Positions 39,975 to 50,400 of a DNA stretch of 64,000 bases are shown piece by piece. Below the pieces are notes generated by a model. It ran no database searches and was not told where the DNA came from. It saw nothing but the letters and a program-made list of their open reading frames with translations. Position 1 is the first letter of the stretch, and each line of letters starts with the position of its first letter. Position numbers and translations under genes: made by a program. The DNA comes from Candidatus Anderseniibacteriota bacterium (GTDB lineage: Bacteria; Patescibacteriota; Andersenbacteria; UBA10190). The stretch lies in the NCBI GenBank assembly GCA_016197005.1, contig JACPWO010000002.1:210178-274177 (forward strand), in the 5' to 3' direction.

Positions 39975-41132
39975 TTGAGAACGCCAATGATGTACTTTAT
40001 CCTTAATCAGATGCGCGTTGCTTTAGTCCATGACTATCTAACACATTTCGGTGGAGCCGAACGTGTGCTTTTAGCTCTGATGGAGCTATACCCCAACGCA
40101 CCCGTCTACACTCTTGTTCACGACAAGGAAAATACTTCTCTAAAAATTGACTCTCGCAGAATTCGAACTTCTTTCTTACAAAAAATTCCTGGAGCAGCTC
40201 GCGCTCATCGATATTGGCCCCTTGCCCTTATGCCAACGGCTACAGAACAATGGGATTTTTCAGATTTCGATGTTGTAATCTCAACGAGTCACAGCTTTAG
40301 TAAAGGAATCATAACTGGCCCGAAGACTTTGCATATCTCGTATTGTTTTACTCCTACGCGCTACGCCTGGGACGACAGTCACCGATACGTACGTGAATTT
40401 TCCCAGAGCCCGTCATTTCAAAAAGTAGCTCCAGTTGCTTTGTCATATATTCGTCTCTGGGACTATTACGCTTCGCAGCGGCCTGACGTGTATGTGACTA
40501 TCTCTCACTATGTTGCTCGGCGCATTGAGAAGTATTATCGGCGGCCAGCAAAGGTAATATATCCTCCGGTCGATGTGAAGCGATTTGCGGTGCAGTCGCA
40601 GAACGACGGATATTACTTAGTTGTTTCTAGGCTCGTCCCGTATAAGCGCATAGATATCGCTATCGAAGCGTGCAAACAACTAGGGCGCCGGCTTCGGATT
40701 GCCGGAGTAGGACCGGAGCTAGAGGCTTTAAAGAAATTAGCTGGAGAAGAGACAGAACTCTTAGGATTTGTTCCTGATGAAAAGTTACCAAGTCTGTACG
40801 CTGGAGCAAAGGCGTTGTTATTTCCACAAGAAGAAGATTTTGGTATTACGCCCTTGGAAGCGGCAGCCAGCGGCAAGCCCACTATCGCTTTTGATGCCGG
40901 AGGCGCTTCCGAAACAATAATTAATGGCAAAACTGGTATTCTGGTGCCCGACCAGACAACTGAAGCTTTGATGCAAGGCATTTTGCAATCTGAAGATACC
41001 ACCTGGGATCCACTCGCTATCCGCCGTCACGCCCAAACTTATGATCGAGAAACCTTCTTGCATGCAATGGAAACCCTAGTGCACAATGAGATGATTTCTC
41101 ATGAATACGCTCGGGGGAAAGCCTTACGTTGA
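39975..41132 (+). CDS. GT4 family glycosyltransferase (start may be an internal Met near 40011)
   Basis: EAAASGKPTIAFDAGGASETI motif. Confidence 0.8.
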   Translation: MRTPMMYFILNQMRVALVHDYLTHFGGAERVLLALMELYPNAPVYTLVHDKENTSLKIDSRRIRTSFLQKIPGAARAHRYWPLALMPTATEQWDFSDFDVVISTSHSFSKGIITGPKTLHISYCFTPTRYAWDDSHRYVREFSQSPSFQKVAPVALSYIRLWDYYASQRPDVYVTISHYVARRIEKYYRRPAKVIYPPVDVKRFAVQSQNDGYYLVVSRLVPYKRIDIAIEACKQLGRRLRIAGVGPELEALKKLAGEETELLGFVPDEKLPSLYAGAKALLFPQEEDFGITPLEAAASGKPTIAFDAGGASETIINGKTGILVPDQTTEALMQGILQSEDTTWDPLAIRRHAQTYDRETFLHAMETLVHNEMISHEYARGKALR

Positions 41133-41754
41133 AGCATTAAAACGGTCACTGTTGTGGCTGCTGGGGTTTAGTGTAGCGCTAGCGGTCTTAGCCTGGGCCG
41201 TCGCCAGCACAATTAAGCCCTCGCACCAAGTATATTTTTCATATCTCGTCTCTTTAGCGGAACGAGAGCCGGCTGAAGAATTCCGGTTTGATGGCTACTA
41301 CGCCATACAAGCAACTGATCTGTTCGCCGCTACGCTTGCAAAATGGATTGGAACTCCGGAAGTAATTTCTGCAGCCTATGAGGCAGCGGAAATTGAGGAA
41401 ATAGGGAGTGATCCCCGACAACTCGTGCGGGCAGTGCACGCCGAAAAGACAGCGCCACAGTTAGTTGAAGTAGTTGTCCAACATAAAAACCCAGATACGG
41501 CTAAAAAATTAGCCAGTGGGCTCATGTCGGTAATGGATCGAAATATTGATCAGTATCATGATCAAGGTATTCCGGCTCTTCAATTTCGCGTCGTTACAAC
41601 TGAGCCTTGGCAAGGGGCTACTTCTATTTCTCGGGGTGTTATTGCGGTTGCGACATTCGTTCTCGTATTGTTTCTTGGTATTAATATCGTGCTGCTTATA
41701 GAAGCAACCAAGCAGAGTAGCGGACAAGAACGACCGGCTGGTCGTACCTGGTAG
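41101..41754 (+). CDS. Wzz/YveK-like polysaccharide chain-length determinant (two flanking TM helices)
   Basis: TM - soluble domain - TM topology typical of PCP family. Confidence 0.6.
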   Translation: MNTLGGKPYVEALKRSLLWLLGFSVALAVLAWAVASTIKPSHQVYFSYLVSLAEREPAEEFRFDGYYAIQATDLFAATLAKWIGTPEVISAAYEAAEIEEIGSDPRQLVRAVHAEKTAPQLVEVVVQHKNPDTAKKLASGLMSVMDRNIDQYHDQGIPALQFRVVTTEPWQGATSISRGVIAVATFVLVLFLGINIVLLIEATKQSSGQERPAGRTW

Positions 41755-41756
41755 CG

Positions 41757-42875
41757 ATGAAGATAGCTATCGACGTTCGATCGTTGATGGAGGGGCGACA
41801 TAGCGGTGTGGAAGAATATACAGTGCAGATTATTCGCGCGCTGATTCGAGTAGCTCCACAACATTCATACCACTTGTTTTACAACTCATATAAAGATGTA
41901 CGGCTGCCAGATTTCGGAAAGGGGCGAGTTATTACCCATGGATTTCGGTTTCCTAATAAAATATTTAACGTCTGGCAGTTAGTAACCGGTCACCCTCATT
42001 GGGACAACCTCATAGACCAGCACGTTGACGTGATATTTGTACCAAGCGTTCGCCTTACACCTCTTTCTGCAGATGTTCCGCTCGTAGCTGTTATGCACGA
42101 CTTATCGTACGAGCGGTTTCCTGAATTCTTAAATGCCTGGCGCCGCGTGTGGCATCGTATGATGCGACCACGTCTCATGATGGAAAATGCGGATCACGTT
42201 ATTAGCGACTCGGAACATACTAAGCAAGATTTAATTCATTTATATAAATTACCAGAAGCGAAAATATCAGTGGTGTATCCAGGAGCTCCAACCTTACCGG
42301 TGCCCCGAGCAGCGGATATACATGCTGTGCGTCGGCGATATGTCTTGCCGGACAAGTTTGTGCTTTCATTTGGCTCGATTGAACCTCGTAAAAATGTCGC
42401 TAGTATTATTCGAGCATGGTCAGCCATTGCTTCTCGTGTGCCACATGATTTGGTCATTGCTGGAGATAAGGGATGGCGGCAGAATGAAATAGAAAAAGTG
42501 ATTCAAAGTTCTTCTTTTAAAAAGCGAATTCATCAAATTGGTTTTGTGGCCGAAGAGGAAAAACTTGCCGTTTACGCGGCTGCAGATTTATTTGTTTATC
42601 CTAGCTTCTACGAAGGATTTGGATTTCCACCACTAGAATCGTTGCTGGCTGGAACACCTGTTATTACGTCTTTTAATTCCGCGCTGCCGGAAGTGGTAGG
42701 AAAATGGGCGACTCTCATCGATCCATATAACCCCTCTCAACTAGCGGCGGTTATGCAGGAAATGTTGCAGCGTCCAGAGCGAGTTTTAGCAGAAACGAAA
42801 AAGGAAATTAGCCGGATATTTTCTTGGGATGGTGCAGCTCGACAGATAGTCCGGATTCTGGAAAAAGCATCGTAG
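41757..42875 (+). CDS. GT4 family glycosyltransferase
   Basis: FVYPSFYEGFGFPPLESLLAGTPVITS. Confidence 0.8.
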   Translation: MKIAIDVRSLMEGRHSGVEEYTVQIIRALIRVAPQHSYHLFYNSYKDVRLPDFGKGRVITHGFRFPNKIFNVWQLVTGHPHWDNLIDQHVDVIFVPSVRLTPLSADVPLVAVMHDLSYERFPEFLNAWRRVWHRMMRPRLMMENADHVISDSEHTKQDLIHLYKLPEAKISVVYPGAPTLPVPRAADIHAVRRRYVLPDKFVLSFGSIEPRKNVASIIRAWSAIASRVPHDLVIAGDKGWRQNEIEKVIQSSSFKKRIHQIGFVAEEEKLAVYAAADLFVYPSFYEGFGFPPLESLLAGTPVITSFNSALPEVVGKWATLIDPYNPSQLAAVMQEMLQRPERVLAETKKEISRIFSWDGAARQIVRILEKAS

Positions 42876-42893
42876 GTCTGTATCCTTATCAGC

Positions 42894-44021
42894 ATGAAGA
42901 TTGCTATCGATGCCCGCTCGTGGGACTGGACTGGTGTTGGGCGATATATCCGCAGTCTGGTGCATGAATATGCCCGTCTAAAAACAGAACATACGTTTAC
43001 TCTCGTTGTGCCTCGAGAAGCGGAGTTATCAGCCGAAGTTCTGAAACAGCCCAATCTTTTCCAGATCGAGAGAACCGACGCTAGTTACTATTCTTTTTCA
43101 GAACAAACGACGTTTCTTCGTGAGATATCACGAATAAAAGCAGATCTTTTTCATTTTCCACATTTCAATGTACCGCTTAGGTTCGGGCGGCCATATGTCG
43201 TGACTATTCACGATACTACCCGCTTTGTTTTTTCAGGACAGCGCCGAACGGGACTCTTCAGCCAAATCGCTTACGAAATCGTATTTGCCCATGCCGTAAA
43301 GAAAGCACGCAAAATTATTTGTGTATCTAAACATACTCAGGAAGAACTTCTCAGTCTTCCCATTTTGAGAGCGGGAGATGTAGCACGTAAGAATGTACAA
43401 ACTATTTACGAGGGAGTGGATGAAGAATTTTTTCGTCCCGTACCAGAACTTGATCGAGCGAAAGTACGAGCCATGCTCGGAACCAAAAATCCATATGTCT
43501 TATACGTCGGTGTGTGGATGAGCCATAAAAACTTACCTCGTCTTTTAGAGTCGTTTCAGTTAGTTAAGGAAAAATATCCTCAGCTCAGGCTTGTGGTAAC
43601 CGGAAAACCAGTACCGACGTACACAAAGGTTCTTGATCGCGTGAAAGAATTGCACTTAGAAAAAGAAGTCATATTTTCTGGATTTGTACCGCATCCGCTG
43701 CTACCAGCTCTCTACCGAGAAGCGGAACTGTTAATCGTACCAAGTTTGTATGAAGGGTTTGGACTGCCAGCACTAGAAGCGGCCGCGCTTGGTACGCCAG
43801 TTGTCGCTTCTAATGTTACGAGTCTACCGGAAATCATGGGAGAAGCAGCTGAGTACGTAAATCCTGAAAATACGGCGAGTATTGCCGACGGAATTCAGCA
43901 CTTACTTGCGAATGACCAGCGCAGTGAAGAGCTCGTTAAAAAAGGTGCCAGCCAAGCTGGAAAGTTTTCGTGGAAGACGTGCGCGGAAGAGACATTATCC
44001 ATATACAACGGTACCAATTAA
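42894..44021 (+). CDS. GT4 family glycosyltransferase
   Basis: [27 protein letters not shown]. Confidence 0.8.
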   Translation: MKIAIDARSWDWTGVGRYIRSLVHEYARLKTEHTFTLVVPREAELSAEVLKQPNLFQIERTDASYYSFSEQTTFLREISRIKADLFHFPHFNVPLRFGRPYVVTIHDTTRFVFSGQRRTGLFSQIAYEIVFAHAVKKARKIICVSKHTQEELLSLPILRAGDVARKNVQTIYEGVDEEFFRPVPELDRAKVRAMLGTKNPYVLYVGVWMSHKNLPRLLESFQLVKEKYPQLRLVVTGKPVPTYTKVLDRVKELHLEKEVIFSGFVPHPLLPALYREAELLIVPSLYEGFGLPALEAAALGTPVVASNVTSLPEIMGEAAEYVNPENTASIADGIQHLLANDQRSEELVKKGASQAGKFSWKTCAEETLSIYNGTN

Positions 44022-44036
44022 TCGTATATTGTAGGT

Positions 44037-44702
44037 GTGCTTGACGTGATTCCTTCAGGAGCGTCTTCGTATAACCCTCGACCACGACGATCTCGTCGTA
44101 GGCGTTCTGTTCCTAGTCCGAATGTTGTTCAGGTGGAATGGAAATTACCAGCTCGTCTCCGAAAACCAGTCCGTCAACAATTTGCCCAGGAACGTGCCCA
44201 GCGTCGTAGGCGTCAAACAGTCGTTCAATTTCAGCGTCGACCTTTGCATACCCAAGCATTACTGGCTGCGGACAGAGATAGTGCCCGAACAGGTAACCGT
44301 GTTCGTAAGCCTACTCGCCGGTTCTTTGGCGATGCACTTTCTGCTCAGACCAGCGACGTAACCGAAGCAAGTCGCCCACAATTACAGCTCGCTCCACCCC
44401 CATACGTCGGATCATTTGTTGCTAGCCGTCCCACTCAAAGTAAAGCGTCTTCTGTTTCTGCACCACGATTGAAGAAACAGAAAACGTTATCGTATACCAC
44501 TGGTGAACGAGATATTCCAATAACAATTGGTGATGGAGCTCCGGTGCAAGCTACAAATAATGAAGATCTCTTTGTTCAAGTAAAACCTAAGCGCGTAGCG
44601 GCTGGTGTGACGTTTAGTTTGTGGCCAGGAAATTGGTTTCAAAAGCAACCAGCTGCCAAGCAGCCGCAAACAAGTAAAAAAAAACTGATTTCGCAATATT
44701 AG
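44037..44702 (+). CDS. Arg-rich low-complexity protein; probably the N-terminal part of the DUF4012 gene (frame break at A9 run 44676..44684)
   Basis: Disordered R/Q/P-rich sequence; downstream frame open from 44678 and encodes a TM helix straight after the A-run. Confidence 0.55.
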   Translation: MLDVIPSGASSYNPRPRRSRRRRSVPSPNVVQVEWKLPARLRKPVRQQFAQERAQRRRRQTVVQFQRRPLHTQALLAADRDSARTGNRVRKPTRRFFGDALSAQTSDVTEASRPQLQLAPPPYVGSFVASRPTQSKASSVSAPRLKKQKTLSYTTGERDIPITIGDGAPVQATNNEDLFVQVKPKRVAAGVTFSLWPGNWFQKQPAAKQPQTSKKKLISQY

Positions 44703-44812
44703 TCGCGGGGTGTCTTCTTGCTACTGGGCTGGTCTGGCAAGCACAACGTATCGGTATCGCAGTCTCTCGCTTTGATGGTATTCAAGCAGCAGCGGAGGGA
44801 GCAGTAGATAAG

Positions 44813-46666
44813 TTGTTGCAAGGGCAGCAAGTATTAGCGCAAGGAGATTTTGCGGCGGGACAAGAATCATTCGGTGAAGCAAACGTTTTGGTGCAAGAAG
44901 CACAAGGTCAATTACATGATGCGTTATCTTCTTCCCAAACAGTCCTGCAATTCTTGGACGTAAGTGGCACAGTAAAATCTGGTGATAGTATGTTGGCTGC
45001 AACTGCTGCTTTAGCACAAGCTGGTGAGCATACGGCTTCAGGACTAGAAATTCTTTCTCAAGAAAAATCTCTTTCAGAAGCAGTTACAACCGCTCTTCCC
45101 GATATTCGTAGTGCTGCTGAACAGCTAGGCAAAGTGGAAGAAGCATTAAGCCATGTCAATGACGGGATTATTCCGGCTACCGTCCAACCGCAATTTATGA
45201 TGCTTAAGACACTTGTGCCACAAGCTCGCGTTCTGCTAGATCGCTTTCTTAGCCAGGCCGATACTCTTCTCTATCTGTTAGGTACTGAACACGATCGTCA
45301 GTATTTGGTACTGCTGGCTAATAACCATGAACTGCGGCCCGTAGGCGGATTCATCGGTACAACTGCTCTGGTAAATGTGGACAGAGGAGAAGTTGAACAA
45401 GTAGACGTAGCGAGTGTGTATGACGGTGATGGACAACTAAAACAATTTATTGCTCCTCCTGATCCTTTGTCTCCCATAGTTGATCGTTGGTACCTGCGGG
45501 ACTCTAACTGGTTTGTAGATTTCAAAACGTCTGCCCAAAAAGCAGCTGAACTTTTTGAAAAAGAAGGTGGCCCAACAGTGGACGGAGTTATTTTGATGAC
45601 GCCCGAAGTAATTCGAGAAATTCTCGAATTTACGGGCCCCATTGCTGTTCCTGGATATGATCAGCCCATATCTGCCGACACCTTTGTGGAGGTAACCCAG
45701 CGCGAGGTGACCTATGAATATGACCGACAAATTAATCGCCCGAAGCAATTCTTAGCAGATCTTACGCCTATCCTCTTGGAAAAACTTTTCACTGGATCAG
45801 ATAATAAGCTTCAGGTACTGGGAGCGTTGACGCGTTCACTTTCTAAGAAAGATTTATTATTGTCCTTCCGGGATGAAGCCGCCCAAGAGCAAGTAGAGCA
45901 ACTAGGATGGGCAGGAAGTCTGCCCGTTGACGCTCCCGGCTTTTTACACGTGAATAACGCGAATATTGGGGGACATAAAAGTGATGAATTTATTGAGCAA
46001 GAAATAGATTATCGAGTACAAGTTGATGAGAACGGTCAAGCTCAGGCAACGGTAACCATTCGACGTACCCATAACGGACCTACAGAAAAAGGAAACCGCG
46101 AGTTCCCGATAGGTGACGACCCAACGCAAAAAGATAATATTATTTTCCAGCGAGTACTGGTACCAAGCGGCTCGCAGTTACTAGAAGCTAAAGGATTTTC
46201 TCCGAGGCCAACAGATAGTGCTTGGGGATTCAGTCCACCCCAGCCACCAGATGGCGTTACGCTTGAAGCTGATGCTGATCTCGCTGTCTGGCAATCGGGT
46301 CAACAACATGATGCCAGTGGCACCATCATTGGTAAAGAAGCTGGATACACGATGTTTGGGAACTGGATTGTGACCGAGCCGGGCCAGACCTCAGTCGTTC
46401 TGTATCGTTATCAACTGCCCACGCTGATTGAAATGCCTGGCTTATTTAAACCAGCGGCATCAACTTCATTCTTTGTGGCTAAACAATCGGGGGCTAATCG
46501 AACAAGTATCCGGACTGAATTTGCGCTGCCAGTGGGTTACAGAGTTCTACACACAATCCCCGACACTGGAATTACCCGAGAAAGTGATGAAATAACGGTG
46601 TATCGAGGAGATCTATCAACTGATAAGCTTTTCGGAATTGTATTTGAGAAAGCCTCGCGGCTCTAA
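44813..46666 (+). CDS. DUF4012 domain protein (polysaccharide-cluster associated); true N-terminus likely upstream
   Basis: LANNHELRPVGGFIGTTALVNVDRGEV matches DUF4012 core; frame open upstream to 44678. Confidence 0.7.
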   Translation: MLQGQQVLAQGDFAAGQESFGEANVLVQEAQGQLHDALSSSQTVLQFLDVSGTVKSGDSMLAATAALAQAGEHTASGLEILSQEKSLSEAVTTALPDIRSAAEQLGKVEEALSHVNDGIIPATVQPQFMMLKTLVPQARVLLDRFLSQADTLLYLLGTEHDRQYLVLLANNHELRPVGGFIGTTALVNVDRGEVEQVDVASVYDGDGQLKQFIAPPDPLSPIVDRWYLRDSNWFVDFKTSAQKAAELFEKEGGPTVDGVILMTPEVIREILEFTGPIAVPGYDQPISADTFVEVTQREVTYEYDRQINRPKQFLADLTPILLEKLFTGSDNKLQVLGALTRSLSKKDLLLSFRDEAAQEQVEQLGWAGSLPVDAPGFLHVNNANIGGHKSDEFIEQEIDYRVQVDENGQAQATVTIRRTHNGPTEKGNREFPIGDDPTQKDNIIFQRVLVPSGSQLLEAKGFSPRPTDSAWGFSPPQPPDGVTLEADADLAVWQSGQQHDASGTIIGKEAGYTMFGNWIVTEPGQTSVVLYRYQLPTLIEMPGLFKPAASTSFFVAKQSGANRTSIRTEFALPVGYRVLHTIPDTGITRESDEITVYRGDLSTDKLFGIVFEKASRL

Positions 46667-46679
46667 TACAATCCTCTTA

Positions 46680-48296
46680 ATGGTAAAGAATGGGAAATCG
46701 GGCAACGGATCTATTGTATCCGCTGCCTTTATTATCGGGGTTGCTTCACTGGCTAGTGCTTTTGTTGGCCTTGTTCGCCAGCGTGTCTTTTCGACTCATT
46801 TTGGAGCAGGTGATACTTTTGATGCCTTCATTGCTGCTTTTCGTGTCCCAGATCTTATTTTCAATTTAGTTGTCATCGGTGCCTTGTCGGCTGCTTTCAT
46901 TCCGATGTTTACAGAAAAATTAGTTAAGAAGAGCGGTGAAGAGGAAGCATATACCTTTGCCTCTGCCGTTCTAAACATTCTTATTATCGCGGTCGTTGTT
47001 TTGGCGGTAGTGTATGCTGCCTTGGCTCCATGGTTTGTGCCATTAATAGCACCAGGATTTGAAGGGGAGAAACTACAACTGACGATTCGTTTATCCCAGA
47101 TAATGTCAGTACAACCAATTTTATTGGGAGCAAGTTTTGTGTTTTCTGGAATTCTGAATTCCTACAAGCGTTTTGTTGCGTACGCCCTTGCCCCTATTTT
47201 CTACAACCTAGGTATTATCGCCGGTGTCATCTGGCTGGTACCTATGATGGGAATAAATGGACTGGGATGGGGAGTAGTATTAGGAGCTGCCCTTCATATT
47301 CTCGTTCAATTTCCAGCTGTTCTACGAGTTGGTTTTAAGTGGAAACCAGTTCTTACTTCTTCAAATAGTGATTTAAAAAAGTTGTGGAAGATGATGGTTC
47401 CACGTGTGTTTGGTTTAGCTGCCCAGCAAATTAATCTTTTAGTAGTAACTATTTTAGGGTCAGGTCTTTTAGTTGGAAGTATTGCCGTGTTTAACCTAGC
47501 GAATAATATTTACAACTTACCAATTACCATTTTCGGGATTGCTTTTTCACAGGCTGCTTTCCCGACGTTGGCTGAGTATGCTGCGACCAAACGTCACAGT
47601 GAATTTCGCGGAACTTTAACCCGAACCTTTCGCTATATTCTTTTCTTTGCTATTCCCCTATCTGCTCTCTTCTACTTATTCCGTGCTCAAATAGTCCGTG
47701 TTCTTTTTGGAGATGGTGCGTTCGACTGGGAAGATACCGTAATGACGTTCGAGACACTTGGTTTCTTGGTTATTAGTATTTTTGCCCAAGCCACCATTCC
47801 TCTCCTCACTCGCGCGTTCTATGCGAAGCAGGACACAAAGACACCAGTCATTATCTCCATTATTAGTATTGTCGCGAACGTTGCGTTAGCACTGTGGCTC
47901 GCACCGCGTATGGGCGTACAGGGTCTCGCGCTTGCTTTTTCAATTGGTGCCATTATCCAACTGTTACTTTTGCTAGGTATTCTTCATCGTCAGTTAGAAG
48001 GATTCGATGATGTTAAAGTCCTAGCTAGTCTTATGAAAATCGTTGTTGCCTCTATTGCTGGCGCAATCGCCGCCCAGCTCCTTAAATATCCCATTGCCTC
48101 CTTCGTCGATATGCAACGCTTCTGGGGTGTATTAACGCAGCTCATTGGAGCAGTATTCGGTGGTTTACTTGTGTACCTAGTGATCTGTTGGTTAGTTGGA
48201 AGTCCAGAACTTGAAGCACTAAAGCGTTATCTCCCACGTCGATTTAAGATGGCGAGTGGCACCGATACGCCCCGTTTTGAAGGCCACCAGGAGTAG
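46680..48296 (+). CDS. murJ: lipid II / polysaccharide flippase MurJ (MviN family)
   Basis: ORF 46638..48296 trimmed to MVKNGK; 14-TM MOP family, FRVPDLIFNL motif. Confidence 0.85.
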   Translation: MVKNGKSGNGSIVSAAFIIGVASLASAFVGLVRQRVFSTHFGAGDTFDAFIAAFRVPDLIFNLVVIGALSAAFIPMFTEKLVKKSGEEEAYTFASAVLNILIIAVVVLAVVYAALAPWFVPLIAPGFEGEKLQLTIRLSQIMSVQPILLGASFVFSGILNSYKRFVAYALAPIFYNLGIIAGVIWLVPMMGINGLGWGVVLGAALHILVQFPAVLRVGFKWKPVLTSSNSDLKKLWKMMVPRVFGLAAQQINLLVVTILGSGLLVGSIAVFNLANNIYNLPITIFGIAFSQAAFPTLAEYAATKRHSEFRGTLTRTFRYILFFAIPLSALFYLFRAQIVRVLFGDGAFDWEDTVMTFETLGFLVISIFAQATIPLLTRAFYAKQDTKTPVIISIISIVANVALALWLAPRMGVQGLALAFSIGAIIQLLLLLGILHRQLEGFDDVKVLASLMKIVVASIAGAIAAQLLKYPIASFVDMQRFWGVLTQLIGAVFGGLLVYLVICWLVGSPELEALKRYLPRRFKMASGTDTPRFEGHQE

Positions 48297-48304
48297 CGGC
48301 CAGA

Positions 48305-48332
48305 TTGAAAATTATCGTCAAATGGGTATAAT
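48305..48332 (+). promoter_or_regulatory. lepA promoter (TTGAAA-16-TATAAT)
   Basis: Consensus hexamers about 33 nt upstream of lepA ATG. Confidence 0.55.
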
Positions 48333-48364
48333 GCCTCTTCACTACTACCTACCCATATCTCACC

Positions 48365-50137
48365 ATGAGCATTCGTAACTTTGTGATTATTGCGCATATC
48401 GACCACGGTAAATCTACCTTGGCGGATCGGATGATGGAATTGACCCATACGGTCGAGAAACGAAAAATGAAAGAGCAGTTACTCGATTCCATGGAACTAG
48501 AGCGAGAAAAAGGAATCACCATTAAGCTTCAGCCTGTTCGAATGGAATACAAAGGAAATACGCTGAACCTTATTGATACCCCTGGTCACGTCGACTTTCA
48601 GTATGAAGTAAGCCGGAGCCTCCAAGCAGTTGAAGGAGCAATTTTGTTGGTAGATGCGACACAAGGAGTACAAGCGCAAACAGTCTCCAACTTGTATCTT
48701 GCTATGGGGCAGAATCTCGAGATCATTCCGGTACTCAATAAGATTGACCTACCGGCAGCAGATCCAGCAGCCCGTGGGCAAGAGTTGTCTGAACTTCTTG
48801 GTATTGCGAGTGGAGACATTTTACATATCTCCGCTAAAACTGGAAAAGGAGTTGAGGCACTCCTGGACCGCATTACGGAAAAAGTACCACTGGCAAAACA
48901 AGAAACAGGACGGCCACTGCGTGCTCTTGTTTTTGACTCCGTCTATGACGATTACAAAGGAGTTGTGACCTATGTACGAATTGTCGAAGGAAGTGTCTCG
49001 GTTGGTCAGACCATCTCTTTTTTAGGAACAGGAGTTCAAGACAAAGCCATTGAAGTGGGAACATTTGGTCCAGATTTTCGACCAAAGAAAAGTTTATCAG
49101 CAGGAGAGATTGGATATATTGCCACTGGCCTCAAAGACGTTCGTGAGGCCCGCGTTGGAGATACGGTGGTTCTCGCGCAAGAGAAAAGTAAGCTCGAAGC
49201 GCTCGCTGGCTTTAAAATACCGCAACCAAAAGTATTTGCCGGTCTTTACCCTATTGATGGTGGTAAATTTGGTGATCTACGAGAAGCACTTGAACGTCTG
49301 CAACTAAACGATGCCAGCTTAACCGTTCACATTGAGCGTAGCCGTGCTCTGGGCCAAGGATTTCGTGGTGGTTTTTTGGGAATGCTTCATCTAGAAATTA
49401 TTCAAGAACGCCTGCGGCGTGAATTTGAGCTTGAACTCATTATTACCACTCCTAGCGTTCTCTTCCGTGTCCATACGACCGGAGGAAAAATAAAAGAAGT
49501 GCATACAGCCGATGAGTTTCCTGACCCGTCTCACATTGAGTCGGTTGAGGAGCAATTTTGTAAAACAGAAATCATTGTCCCGAATGAATACTTAGGAGCA
49601 GTCTTTGATATGATGCGCAGTCATGAAGGTACGCTGCTGCATCAAGAAACATTGGGTACCGATAGAGCACAGCTGAAATATGAATTACCACTTCGGGAGC
49701 TAGTAGTAAATCTTTATGACCAATTAAAATCTGCTACCGCTGGATTTGGTTCTCTCTCTTATGAGGCTATTGATTGGCGTTTAGCTGATGTGGTGAAACT
49801 TTCTATCATGGTAAATCACGAGGAAGTAGAGGCACTGGCTACAATTATCCCGCGTCACAAAGCGCAAGCACTCGGGCGCAGGGCGGTTGAAAAAATGAAG
49901 GAAGTGTTGCCCCAACAATTGTTTGCTGTACCAATTCAGGCTGCGGTTGGCGGTAATGTCTTAGCACGCGAGACGATCTCGGCTATGCGTAAGGATGTTA
50001 CAGCGAAACTGTATGGTGGAGATTACAGTCGTAAGCGTAAACTGCTCGAGAAGCAAAAGAAGGGGAAAAAACGAATGGCTTCCTCCAGTTCTGTAGACAT
50101 TCCTCCGGAAGCGTATGTAAAAATGTTAAAGAGGTAG
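48365..50137 (+). CDS. lepA: elongation factor 4 (LepA)
   Basis: IIAHIDHGKSTLADR; LepA C-terminal domain. Confidence 0.93.
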   Translation: MSIRNFVIIAHIDHGKSTLADRMMELTHTVEKRKMKEQLLDSMELEREKGITIKLQPVRMEYKGNTLNLIDTPGHVDFQYEVSRSLQAVEGAILLVDATQGVQAQTVSNLYLAMGQNLEIIPVLNKIDLPAADPAARGQELSELLGIASGDILHISAKTGKGVEALLDRITEKVPLAKQETGRPLRALVFDSVYDDYKGVVTYVRIVEGSVSVGQTISFLGTGVQDKAIEVGTFGPDFRPKKSLSAGEIGYIATGLKDVREARVGDTVVLAQEKSKLEALAGFKIPQPKVFAGLYPIDGGKFGDLREALERLQLNDASLTVHIERSRALGQGFRGGFLGMLHLEIIQERLRREFELELIITTPSVLFRVHTTGGKIKEVHTADEFPDPSHIESVEEQFCKTEIIVPNEYLGAVFDMMRSHEGTLLHQETLGTDRAQLKYELPLRELVVNLYDQLKSATAGFGSLSYEAIDWRLADVVKLSIMVNHEEVEALATIIPRHKAQALGRRAVEKMKEVLPQQLFAVPIQAAVGGNVLARETISAMRKDVTAKLYGGDYSRKRKLLEKQKKGKKRMASSSSVDIPPEAYVKMLKR

Positions 50138-50174
50138 CATCTAAGTCTATCTCGGGTGTATAAAGACAAAAGAT

Positions 50175-50396
50175 ATGATCACATATATTGTTATCGTTAT
50201 TATTGCCACCGCTGCGCTTTTAGTACTTCTTGTTAGTAAGCGCAAGCGTCCGGCAATACAGATTATGCCTACCCCTAAGCAATTACTTGATGGACAAGAA
50301 GACTCGGTAGCAGTTTCAGCAGAAAGTTTTGAAAAACTTCCACCTGACAAGGCACGAGAGTGGCTCGATGATTTTTTACAGAAACAGCAGAAATAA
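50175..50396 (+). CDS. small membrane-anchored hypothetical protein (73 aa)
   Basis: N-terminal TM helix IVIVIIATAALLVLLV, KRKRP, acidic tail. Confidence 0.4.
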   Translation: MITYIVIVIIATAALLVLLVSKRKRPAIQIMPTPKQLLDGQEDSVAVSAESFEKLPPDKAREWLDDFLQKQQK

Positions 50397-50400
50397 TTCT

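Noticed and set aside
44122-44361. 79-aa alternative-frame ORF inside the Arg-rich gene
   Set aside because: Overlaps the longer ORF in another frame; no support.
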